DNA of 58,844 nt, the filler included, from Asterionella formosa (Eukaryota): assembly GCA_002256025.1 (NCBI GenBank). It is 6 parts of 6 records of this genome, joined end to end, with 100 filler letters (N's around TTAATTAATTAA, not from the genome) between each part and the next. Parts side by side here need not be neighbours in the genome. Positions count along the whole stretch, not along the records: positions 39,368 to 49,058 come from NKIB01010307.1; positions 49,159 to 58,844 come from NKIB01010314.1; 4 more parts are not named here. One strand, given 5' to 3'. Under the pieces are notes generated by a model. That model was not told the origin of the DNA. It searched no databases and worked only from the letters and a program-made list of their open reading frames with translations. Position 1 is the first letter of the stretch. The number at the start of each line of letters is the position of its first letter. Below, piece by piece: positions 45,898 to 56,490 of this stretch. A program made the position numbers and the translations under genes.

Positions 45898-47341
45898 CAA
45901 CGTAGAAAGGTAGGATTCCTACGTGGATTCCGAAGCTAGAAGAAAGTTTGTTGAACCTGTTCATCAGTCAGTAAATCTGAGTTGTGTTCAGAGACTAATT
46001 CTGCAAATCGTCATCGGTCAATACAAGTTACGTTTTCCTAAATTACTTAAGGAATATTGTTTTCATCGAAAGCTGGCCTATCTCGTCCGGCAGGCATGAG
46101 ACGATCCATTGGGAATGCGTCGAAACTGAAAGGTGCGTATAGAACGTGCGCTATCGAACCTTCCAGGATCTTCCAGGAGACTGAAGTATACAATAATCAA
46201 ACACGTTTTTTCATGTCTAAAATAAAAATGTATATTGTTACTTGGAGCTTTCACAATTGGACACCCTTTCTATATGCTTAGATCCAGTCATTTGCCAAAG
46301 AATGAGTAAAGGACAACTCTAGTAGTTTATATCATCATGATAAAAGATCTGGGGAGAAAGTGCAGAAAGGATTTTCGGTTTCTCTACCATCACGAAAATT
46401 CAAGTATAGCAATAACCAACAACATCAAAAATGCCATCACCTACTACTCCTTACATTCCTCAAACTCAAACTCACCTCCTTGATCAACATTACAATCCCA
46501 CCAATCCCATCTTCTTTGTTACCTAGTACAGCATGCACAACTTTGGAGGTTTTTTTTAGTTCTTTTCGGACAGTCAGGATGCAGATGCTCAAAAAATTCT
46601 CAAATAAAAAGTCAATGGGACTGTGTTGGACCAGATTGTTGCAATCTTCTTGTTGTGACAAAAAACCAATCAAGTTTATACTTTATCTACCTGCATGAAT
46701 ATGGCCACCCTTGCCTAAGCTAAAAGGTAGATTTGCTGACAATTTGTTAACATTTGTGGCGCTTCTTCCTAGCATGCTCCATTACTGACCAGGAATGACC
46801 ACTTGCTCATGCCACTCATTGCATGCATGTTATTCTGTTATAGAAATACTGTCAATTTCCATTCAGACCTTTCTCAGACTACACCTAGTTTTCAAACACC
46901 TGTCAACATCAACAGCCTAACTGAAAAATTCTAACAAAGATTACCAACAACGAACATAAACAAGCGGACATCACTTATGGTACACAGCAACATAGGTGAC
47001 AAGTTTAATAAAAGTTTCAAGTAGTGAGAGCTGAAGTGCCATTATCTTGAAAATATAATACACAAAAAACTGAACATATTGAAATAACCTACAACAATAC
47101 TTTCACACCATTAAAGCATTAGCTTTATTCTGGAGAAAAATGAAAAAGTAAGGAGATTTGTAAACTATAAGTATAAACATGAGTGATAACCTATAAAAGC
47201 CATTCATAGCACAGCTTCGCCTGTCGGCTTCTCGAAAATGCAATATCAACTCAAATAAGTACACATAACTTTCTCAGTACTGCAGCTCGACAAGCTAGCC
47301 ATATATACCTGCCGTAAAACATTATTGGTTGGCTGACTCCT

Positions 47342-48379
47342 TTAATCACTGGATGCTGGGCTATCCACACTCCATCCTTCAGGTAAGAACCGAGGCTGAA
47401 TAACCTCACAAAAATGTCGCCGCCAGCCTTGGACAAAGTGATCAATCTGATCCGTCGATACCAGCGACTCGACAACTAACTTGGCTCCCGGGATATACTC
47501 AGCATTTGGAACCTTGTACTCGATATCAATTGCTCGTTGCAAAAGTTCCGGTGTCAATTCATCAGACGGCGCGAGTTTCAGATGCATACGCACCAAATCT
47601 TTATACTCTTCAAGTGTTGAGAGAGGCAATTTGGCTTTCCGGCGGAGCAATGCCAGAGCCATTGACCGAGTTTGATATAAGTAATGGTCTGTCAGAAAAG
47701 CCAATGCGCTGTCAGGGTTGGTTCGAAGGGTCTTTTCCAACTGGTTTTGACGATGCTGAGTTGCTCGGTCACAATGCAAGTGACACTTGGGGCAAAGAAT
47801 TACAATATCGTGAGACATATGGGACTTGTATTGATCTGGGAAAAGGTTGCGGTAGCAAAATGGAACGACGTAATGCTTCATGAGGTGTTGGCTGTTGCCA
47901 CACCCAACGCAAACATTGCATTTCTGAGCCTTAATGTAAACTCCCATCTCTCCTCTAATCGAATGACCCTTGGGTTCAAAACTTAATTGAATTTGCTGGC
48001 GTTGATCATAGATGTTCCCCTCGTTGTCACGCTGCTCCACCCAGTCAGCCAATTCCTTCTGTACATACCACATAGCTTTCTTCTTTGAAATGTTGCATAA
48101 AAGCTCTCCCTCGATATCAAGCATTTGAATGTTGTCGTACATAGTTCGTTTCAGAGCCAATTTTGGAATCATTTTGTTTCGACGAGCGTCCTTGTGGACC
48201 ACACGCTGCAAATGTGATGGAAGCACTGGTACCGGGGGCGAGGTTGAGTCAGCACGAGCTGTTGACTGTGTGCAGCTTTTCTTTATCTTCAATTCCTGAG
48301 ACGACCTTTTGTAGAGCCATAGTGCAATAGAGGAGGTAACACTGAGCGAGACCGCTGCGATCCAAAACCTTGTCGTCAT
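47342..48379 (-). CDS. Protein matching the C-terminal HNH-like region of EXD2, with an N-terminal membrane anchor and no exonuclease domain
   Basis: MYDNIQML..EGELLC..SKKKAMWY, NVCVGCG, HYVVPFCYR..FP..KSHMSHDIVILCPKCH, WRRHF..PRFLPEGWSV; N-terminal hydrophobic WIAAVSLSVTSSIALWLY. Confidence 0.82.
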   Translation of the reverse strand: MTTRFWIAAVSLSVTSSIALWLYKRSSQELKIKKSCTQSTARADSTSPPVPVLPSHLQRVVHKDARRNKMIPKLALKRTMYDNIQMLDIEGELLCNISKKKAMWYVQKELADWVEQRDNEGNIYDQRQQIQLSFEPKGHSIRGEMGVYIKAQKCNVCVGCGNSQHLMKHYVVPFCYRNLFPDQYKSHMSHDIVILCPKCHLHCDRATQHRQNQLEKTLRTNPDSALAFLTDHYLYQTRSMALALLRRKAKLPLSTLEEYKDLVRMHLKLAPSDELTPELLQRAIDIEYKVPNAEYIPGAKLVVESLVSTDQIDHFVQGWRRHFCEVIQPRFLPEGWSVDSPASSD

Positions 48380-49456
48380 GGTCTTTGGTCATGATGCCAA
48401 ATCTTGCCATCAAGTGTGAATGCCGGTAGTATGAATTTTTTTTAATTTACTCCTTGCTTTCCTTGTCCAATGATTTACTCGATGGAATGATGGTCGTGAG
48501 CAAAAGCGCTGACCAGGTCCCGGTACTCCACTCCTCAGAACCACAGTCTTACCGGTATGCTGCATGATATACCGGTACCAGGTACCAGGTGGTAATCTAG
48601 TAGCTGCCTTCGATATGTCAGGTCGGTATGTACTACGGTACCTGGTACCTTTTACCGGGTTATATCGTCTAGAATTGTTATCATAAAAATAAGTACTCCA
48701 AAAAGATATAGCATTTCATTGTGTAGTGTACCTGGTACCTGGTACTGGTAAAGATACCTCCTCGTATCAGGTACTGGTACCAGGTACCTGTTGCTGCCGT
48801 TGAGCTCCCTTCGTCCGGGATTTTTATGGTTTGCTCATGTACCCGGTACGTACGCCCTGTTAAATTGTCTAGTTGAAATATCACAGATCTTACTTTTAAG
48901 ATCTCTAAAGCTGAAAACGTATTTTCACTTTACACTTTGTAATATTGTGAGCTTTCTGTTAATAGTCTATCTAGGTCTTGTTCTTGCCTGATTACTCATG
49001 TAATCCCGAACAAGACTTCTCACACTTTCCTTGATCTCATCAAGAATGATCTTGCTTANNNNNNNNNNNNNNNNNNNNNNNNNNNNNNNNNNNNNNNNNN
49101 NNTTAATTAATTAANNNNNNNNNNNNNNNNNNNNNNNNNNNNNNNNNNNNNNNNNNNNTATTGTTGCAGTGTGTAAGTTGTTAAAAACAGATTACGGCCC
49201 TAACGTTGGTGTCCACGCGAAATTGCGAAAATTGGATATTTTCACGTTTACTCTGTCATTGAGCTGGCATCGCCTTTTCTATACGTGTATTTATATGTGC
49301 AAGAATAATTATACGGTATTCTTTCGATAGAATCAATTTACCGGTAGTATACCGGTAATTAAATGTGGGTACAACGTCATTCTGCTTTCGAATAACCGAT
49401 ACACTGTGCTCAGAAGAATTCCGTTATGATCCAAGCAGCGCAAAAAGCATACTGTA

Positions 49457-51784
49457 CAGTGAAACCTCCCTATAAGATACACCCTGTTTACTCCTACATT
49501 TATGGCCTTTTCGTATCCTATAGGGAGGTGTATCTTATAAGGAGGTTCAGCTAGTTTAGGCTGTTTTGTACTCCTTACTTACTACAGTACCAGGGTACAT
49601 AATATGTACTAAACATTGATTTTCATTTGGAAGAAGAAGAAAAAGATTCAATTGGAGGTTGAATAAGCCTAGAATGAGACCTTTTTTGAACAGCGGCAAT
49701 TATTTCAAGCAATGGAAGTTCCTGCTCAAATAAATCTATTTCTGTCACATACATCAGTGCTGTTTTTAAACCAAGCAATGCATCTCTTGAGGTTATAGGA
49801 ACCTTATTGGACACATCACTGATTGCTGCCATAGCACTGCCTTCATCCAAGGCACTGTCATCCTCCTCATCCCCTTCATCAATATATTCAGCAACCAAAT
49901 TTACAATCAAAGGTTGAGCAGATGGGATTGCATATTCACCAAAACAATCTTGTACATAATGAATATCAACTTCTCCAAGCCTCTCCATCAGCTCCTCCAC
50001 TTCATTTTCAGTTTCCTCTAGTACTGATACACATTCTTCATCACATACTTGTTTAAATCCACATGCTTTAAAGCATTTTTGAATTGTTTCAATCATGACA
50101 CTTCCCCAGGATGTAGCCATAAACTTCATTGCATCAATAACCTGCAATTTATTAGCCAGATCTGCTGCATGTTCTCCTATTTCAATAAATTGTAATAACT
50201 GCAAAACTTGATGCTTACAAGAAAGAGCTTTCACACTTCTAATGATTCCAGCATCCAAAGGTTGCAACAAACTTGTTAAGTTTGGAGGGAAAGATTGAAT
50301 CTTTACATGTGTTAGCCTTGAGCTTGTCTCCTCATCAACAATGTGGACAGGGGCGTTATCCAAGGAAAAAAGAATCGTCCTGTTCTGAGAAGCCATGTAT
50401 GCATTCAAATCCAATAGATACTCATTAAAAATAGGATTTGTCATCCAAGCTTTGCTACTTGACTTGTACACAACTCCAAGGCGGATCAAATCAATGTTTC
50501 GAAAACAACGAGGCTTCTTGGATTTCCCAATTATGAGCGGTTGCAGCTTTTCCCCAGCTGCACTGCATGTCAAGGCAACTGTAACTCGATCCTTAGCTAA
50601 TTTTCCTCATTTGCATGATTTTGATACTTGATTGAGAGTTGAATTTGGGAGAGCACAATAAAAGTATCCAGTCTCATCCATGTTGAAAATGTTGGCTGGA
50701 GTATATCCATCACACAAACTAGCCAAGAAAGCTTTCCATTCTTCAGCCTTATCAATGTCTGCATTCCCAGACTGTCCACAAACAGCATAGGATTTGACAT
50801 TGTGTCTCTTCTTCCATTTTTCAAGCCAGCCATTAGATGCATCAAGATTATGATCTTTCTTAAATGCTTTGGCAATCGACAAAGCTTTGCTTTGTAGGAT
50901 GGGTCCACTAATTGGATATCCAGTTGCGCAAGCAGTGCAAAACCATCTCCACAATACTGTGTTGATTTCTGTACCAGTATAAAGGCTAGCCATTTTCATG
51001 GATCGCATCGATTTTCTTTCCATCAATAAGTCGTCCTGCTTTTTCTTTGCCTTTTTGAACAGTTCCAATGCTTATGCCAAGTTTAAAAGCAACTTCTCTA
51101 ACACTATTCCCTTCACCAAGAAGCTTTATTGCCGCTAACTTTGTATCAATGGAAACACTTTTACGCTTTAACTTCATTTCCGACATGCTCGTCACAACTC
51201 CTTCAGTTCCCAATGGCGATGATGTCTGAGTCTTGGAGATTGTAATAAGTGAAAGAATTGAAGCAAATGGACAAGTAACAGTTAAGCTTCCTTTCAGTAA
51301 AGTATAACTAAAAATTATTTTAAAAGGGTCATGAGCAAGTACTAATGTCACGAGTGGTGATACTACCACCAGATCATTGCCACCGGTACTAAGCAAGATG
51401 ATGCTGTGGTAGGTACTATTCTACTGACACTTCTATTGCTGTGCTTGCGTAAGCATTTATTTTTGTATGCATAAACATGTAAAATGATACTCCCAGTAGA
51501 ACTGAAGATTGTCAGTCCACAGCAGGGATTTGAGATGATCAAAACATGCAAAACAAGGAAAAATCTACTGTCGCAAACTGAGTGCAGACTGTGGTCCGGT
51601 GCTCGTTTTTATCTTATACAGAGGTCAGAATAACCCAATTTTTCAGCGAAAGTGTATCCAAGTGTATCTAATGGAGGGTGTATCTTATATAGAGGGTCCT
51701 TTGCAAGGATATCCAAATTATGGGCGTTTCATTGAGAAAAGTGTATCTTATATAGAGGGTGTATCCTATAGGGAGGTTTCACTG
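49457..51784 (-). mobile_element. Full-length pogo/Tigger-family DNA transposon (2328 bp)
   Basis: 29-bp TIRs CAGTGAAACCTCCCTATA(A/G)GATACACCCT with TA on both flanks (49455-56 and 51785-86). Internal subterminal repeats gtgtatcttata. Encloses a transposase gene. Confidence 0.95.
49623..51186 (-). pseudogene. pogo/Tigger transposase (CENP-B-type HTH plus DDE_1), disrupted
   Basis: KRKSVSIDTK HTH, ASNGWLEKWKKRH, FNMDETG, LDNAPVH and LQPLDAGII motifs. One extra base in the homopolymer at 51052-51056 and an in-frame TGA at 50607-50609. Confidence 0.92.
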
Positions 51785-52305
51785 TATCACGCATAACAGG
51801 TAAAGTAAAACGAAAAAATTCTGTATGTAGTAAAAACGGAGCAAACAAATATCCACGGTTTGGGGGGGGGGGCGCCGCTTTGCAACACCAATCTTGATCA
51901 CTTCGAAAAAATTAGATCTTCATGGTTCAATTCACTGGTGAATCAAAAATGATTACTTATTCGTTGAGTAGAGTGCATTGTCTAACATGCACTTAATACT
52001 TTTCGAGTTTAGAGAATATTAAGCAAAGTATGCAACTTTTGCTTACTATTGCGTACCTCGGTCATTGCCATTTACCTTTTTTATTCCATTGCCCACGCTT
52101 TTGACGTTTCCGCGTTTGGACGAATAAATTAAGGTTGCAGCTCCGCAGTACACATTGCGAGGTCTGTATTTTCCAAACATTACGTACAACAAAATAAAAT
52201 AAAAATTAGCTTTCACCAACAGCGCCACTTTGCTGCATATGCTTAGATTCAGTCATTGCTCGACTTAGTGGTATGTTCTATATTCACATATGGTAAGGAC
52301 CTCAT

Positions 52306-52424
52306 TTCTGGAGAGAAGTGGCAATTATCTCTCTAGGAATCGTAAAAATCCAAAAATAGTCAAAATAGGGGGCTACGAATCATTCTAAAAATCTATTAGA
52401 GATAACTGCCACTTCCCTCCAGAA
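52306..52424. repeat. Small inverted-repeat element (27-bp arms)
   Basis: ttctggagagaagtggcaattatctct pairs with agagataactgccacttccctccagaa, 2 mismatches. Confidence 0.75.
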
Positions 52425-53188
52425 GTAAACTATTGACGTTATAGGGATCACGGCTATATACTTTAATCTTCATGAAACCCAACAGATGGCTGTAGAGCAA
52501 TCCTCCTCCAAAAAGTCGACCCGATCGGCTTTTTCAAAAGTCGCCAAAATATTGGACTCGGAAGCCAGGGCCGCAAGAACCTTGCTTGCCTAACGCACAC
52601 AAAGAAACTAGCTACTGGAGTACATCACTCACTGCATTGCCGTTAGTCATGATACAGACGATTTTCAAACAGTCGTGAATTGAAGATGTATGGTTACATT
52701 GTTACCATAAGGGATCTATCTGTCGTCAAGTTTTCCGTTCAAGCAAAATGACTAGCACGAGGTAGTACCAGGTGAGTCGTCACCAGGTACTCCAACAGGT
52801 GGGAGTCTGATGTAAAGCTGCAGCAAGATGAGGTCATCTGGTACCTGGTACCTGGTACCTGGTACTGTACTACTTCCCATTTGGGGTACATAGTACTGGC
52901 AGTATTTGGTACTCCTAATCAATGTCGAGGTTTGCTTACATGATCTGAAAAATAACTGTTCATGACAATTAGAGTTCGAAAAAGCCATTGCACTATTTCT
53001 AATGCGATAATTAATCAAGAAAGCAATCTTGGTAAAATTAGCATCTGTACTGTCAGACTCGTACATTTTTCTTTCAGTCTCACAGTCCACGAGCCAAATA
53101 GCGGTAATCTTGAATTTAAAACGTTCTTATTGTATGCCTTGACCATTTAAATAGGGTCTAGGTCTTACCTATTCCCTAACTGGCTGGG

Positions 53189-53320
53189 TCATGATACTTG
53201 TGGCATGGTATGTTTTGCATGAGTAGAAAACTGACTCGCAAATTCGACTGCTGGATCATGATACTTGTGGCATGGTATGTTTTGCATGAGTAGAAAACTG
53301 ACTCGAAAATTCGACTGCTG
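53189..53320. repeat. 67-bp tandem duplication
   Basis: tcatgatacttgtggcatggtatgttttgcatgagtagaaaactgactcg(c/a)aaattcgactgctg occurs at 53189 and 53256. Confidence 0.92.
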
Positions 53321-53671
53321 CGTCAAGAATGACACTCACTCGGAGCAATTTATCCAGTGAAATGCTAGTTGGTCATGAGTTTTGAAAAAGGCAGTAGTTC
53401 GGCCATCAGCTTAAGTTATGCATGAATGTGTTATGTTACTATAGAGGACAAGACAGCATTCCCATCACTCGACTGCAGCAGTTATGATGGAAATGAATGA
53501 TTTTCTAGAATCGCGTTTGCTCTATGCTGATAGCTACATGTGGTAAAAAGAGGGCACTAGTAGGCGTTCACCATATTTAGCGCGGAAAAAGTATTTTAGC
53601 ATATTGTTTTGTTTGTGTACATGTGCGTTGTCTATATGTGGCATGTCTATACCCCATGTAGAGCATCCCAT

Positions 53672-54205
53672 CTATGTGGAACCCATCCGTTGGTCGTACT
53701 CATTTCCAGCTTCCATGGTTGCGAATCGTTTGCATGGCAGTGATAGCGATTCTTGATTTTCCCCTCGATCTCTTTTACTACCACACCGTCTATGCGGTCT
53801 GTCACACGACAACTCATCAGATCGGGCCATAGCAAGGGCTTGGTTTTTTGCCATTTGGGAGCACATGATGGAAATCATTTTCAAATATTCAGCATCTGGC
53901 TTCTTCTGTTCCTTTTGCAGCTGTTGTGTCCTCAAAATCATTCTGATAACGGCGTTCCGCTTGCAAATCTTTTCCTTGTAATGGTCGACAGAAATCTTGT
54001 CTTCTAAGCCCCTGATGCAGTACATGTTGTGATCTAGCTGCTCCAAGTCGCCGTCGGCAAGCTTGACTGCTTTGATGCAGGCCTTGCGGTCATCTTGAAA
54101 GGAGCAAAAGTCTGCATTGGTGAACCATCGCCTCACTTTTTCTGCGTCGGATGGAATCTCGAAAGGCGCCACGTTGATGTGGGAGAAGGAAACCCTTTTC
54201 GTCAT
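53672..54205 (-). CDS. Uncharacterised diatom-type protein (V.F / W..DF / C.RGLE family)
   Basis: 177-aa ATG-initiated ORF with KRVSFS, WFTNADF, YCIRGLE and ALAMARSD, a pattern common in expanded diatom hypothetical families. Confidence 0.7.
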   Translation of the reverse strand: MTKRVSFSHINVAPFEIPSDAEKVRRWFTNADFCSFQDDRKACIKAVKLADGDLEQLDHNMYCIRGLEDKISVDHYKEKICKRNAVIRMILRTQQLQKEQKKPDAEYLKMISIMCSQMAKNQALAMARSDELSCDRPHRRCGSKRDRGENQESLSLPCKRFATMEAGNEYDQRMGST

Positions 54206-55127
54206 TATGGTACGTTGCGAGTTTGATGTTATGTTGCTATCGGTAGTTGTGTGTGTTCGTTCAGTCGGAATATGATCTGCTGAAAGTGGAGTTGGATGTT
54301 GAGTCGTTGCGAGTAGAGGCGGTTGAGTTTATTGTGACCTTCTCTCTTCCGATTCGATTTTCTTCGACTGACTAATACCGGAAGTACCGGTAGTTTAATG
54401 ACTGACTATATTATCATTTATATTCCACATACCGGTACCAGGTACCGGTAGGCGATATGAATGAGAACGGTAATGAATCGAAACGAGGGTTGGTCATCAG
54501 CAGGCGACTAGAAACTACTTGGTCCTGGTACGGTATATACTTGAAGGTAAAAACACACGACTACGACTAGTACAATCTCTGCCTGGTAAATACATACAGT
54601 GGTAGGAGGTTTACACGTTAATCATCCGGAATTGTAAGTCGCGATACTGCATACAATCATATTATCTACGACTAGACTACTGGTACCAAGCACAACGACT
54701 GTAAGGACATGGATGCAATTTTATCAATCTAACGGTACCGGTACTGGGACCCTGGTAGTATGTGACTCAGTCCCAGATCCGACCAGTACCAGGTACTCCG
54801 CCCAGTAAGAGCTGGTCCCGCCACGTAAATATTCGTATGTGTATCGTGAGAACAAACAGCCAAATTTTTGTTCGTGACTGACCACGTGCAATTTATTAAA
54901 AGTACCACCGCTGGTAATGGTACTTTCAAGCATCAAAACAAAAAAACATGTCATTTTAGAGACAGGCAGAGTGGCGAGATAACTTTAATTTTAGTTGAAT
55001 GAATCACAGCCATGGCTGCGAAATGAGAAGAGGGATGGACGCTTGGCGAATCTTGGCAGCCTTGTTCTAGGTTACAACACTCGAATTTTTTGGCGCATTG
55101 TTATTTGTCAGCAAATGACTGCTTGCT

Positions 55128-55979
55128 TCAGCTTTTTACAATTGTCCTATGTCGATAAGCGCAATGTATGCATATCATAGTAGATAATCCAGCGCCATCA
55201 AATGGCGTTTGATACCATGGAATTCCTTGTAGGCTAGCGTCGTACTGATGAAGAGTAGCCGCTTGTTGCTGCATTGTAGGAGTGCTCATACTTGTAGCAA
55301 GAATGCTGGCATCGTCCAGGAACGGATGATAGACATCGACCATTGGAACCTTCTGTTGTTTGTGTGATCTGCTTGCAAAGCAGAGGCTTGTTCTGTATGA
55401 AGGACTCATGAAAGAAGCCTCGATTATCTCTACCAATGGTGCACTTGCTGAAACCGTAGAGGTTGAGTTGGCGTTGAAAGGAAATATACCTGGCAGTTTT
55501 GAAGTATCGAGGCATTATCTCGTCTTGAAACCGTTTTGGATCGTGAATCCCGAAGGAACGCCCGTCAGGGTAAAAGGATATTATGTCTTCACTACCTTGA
55601 TGTTCCGCATGCGATATAGCTTTACAGGGAATGGACCAGCAGAAGCGGAATGAATCAGAGAGGCTGGAAACTTTGCAATATTCCGGTCCTCAACTGACTC
55701 CGGGACCGCACCTGGTTTTTGAGCCACTGGATCTTTATTTTTTCTAGCACTGGACCCCGCCTTGTCCAGAGTCGATGTGTGCCCGATCCAATCTTGTGAT
55801 TTATCGACTTGTGAAAAGGTGTGGGCTTGATGCAGCATTCCCATGTTGGTACGAGAACGATGTATCCTTTCATCAATTAGTGCACCAGACTGGCGCAGAA
55901 GTTCAGCACATTCTTCTTGGAAGCAAAACAATGTACTGTTTGCATTCGAAATAAGGAAATAAGGAAGTGCATTTGGCAA
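55128..55979 (-). pseudogene. Heat-shock-factor (HSF) DNA-binding-domain gene, frameshifted
   Basis: FPVKLYRM is in one frame and DIISFYPDGRSFGIHDPKRFQDEIMPRYFKTARYISFQRQLNLYGF in another; the shift is at ~55607. Start and end are uncertain. Confidence 0.8.
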
Positions 55980-56490
55980 GTTGTGTAGATTTGTGAGAAA
56001 TTAATCATGTAATTTTTCAATGTATGGCTGATTTGAAAGAGCGATGATTCCTTCACTTTCGTAAAGATACTTTCTTACTGCGACATCAGGTTGCCATAGG
56101 TTCCTCACTACCGGTAGACCATCATAGGCTAATATACAATAAAATAAACCATTGGTCGTTGCCATTGGTCCTTTAGTCAGAAGGACCACGTCAATTCTGA
56201 CAGAAACGTCAATTCCTTGATGTGGAGATGCTAGGGTCTGCGCTTTCACAAGTGAGGCTGGGCCTATATACATTTGTTCTGTTCAACACAAAATGACACT
56301 AGCAAGTGTATTTGTCTGTGTTCTTATTTTCTTACTTAAATATTTATTACTATCAATATAAGTTTTAAAAAAGAATACCGGGATAGCTATTCAGTCACGA
56401 GTCTAGTGCAGAACTATGGCTTGGGATAATTAAAATATAATACCATTTTATTGATCTACCATATCTATTATGTTCAGCAAGTCTACAGTT

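Noticed and set aside
8512..48379. Functional telomere/chromatin gene cluster (sirtuin, HTH protein, BAH-ELM2-SANT, TERT, EXD2-like)
   Set aside because: The genes are interspersed with unrelated genes, TEs and several gaps. There is no evidence of co-regulation without synteny data.
9776..49158. TTAATTAATTAA embedded in 100-bp N blocks at 9776, 19634, 29452, 39268 and 49059
   Set aside because: Artificial scaffolding linker with stops in all six frames; not biological. Contiguity across these gaps is unproven.
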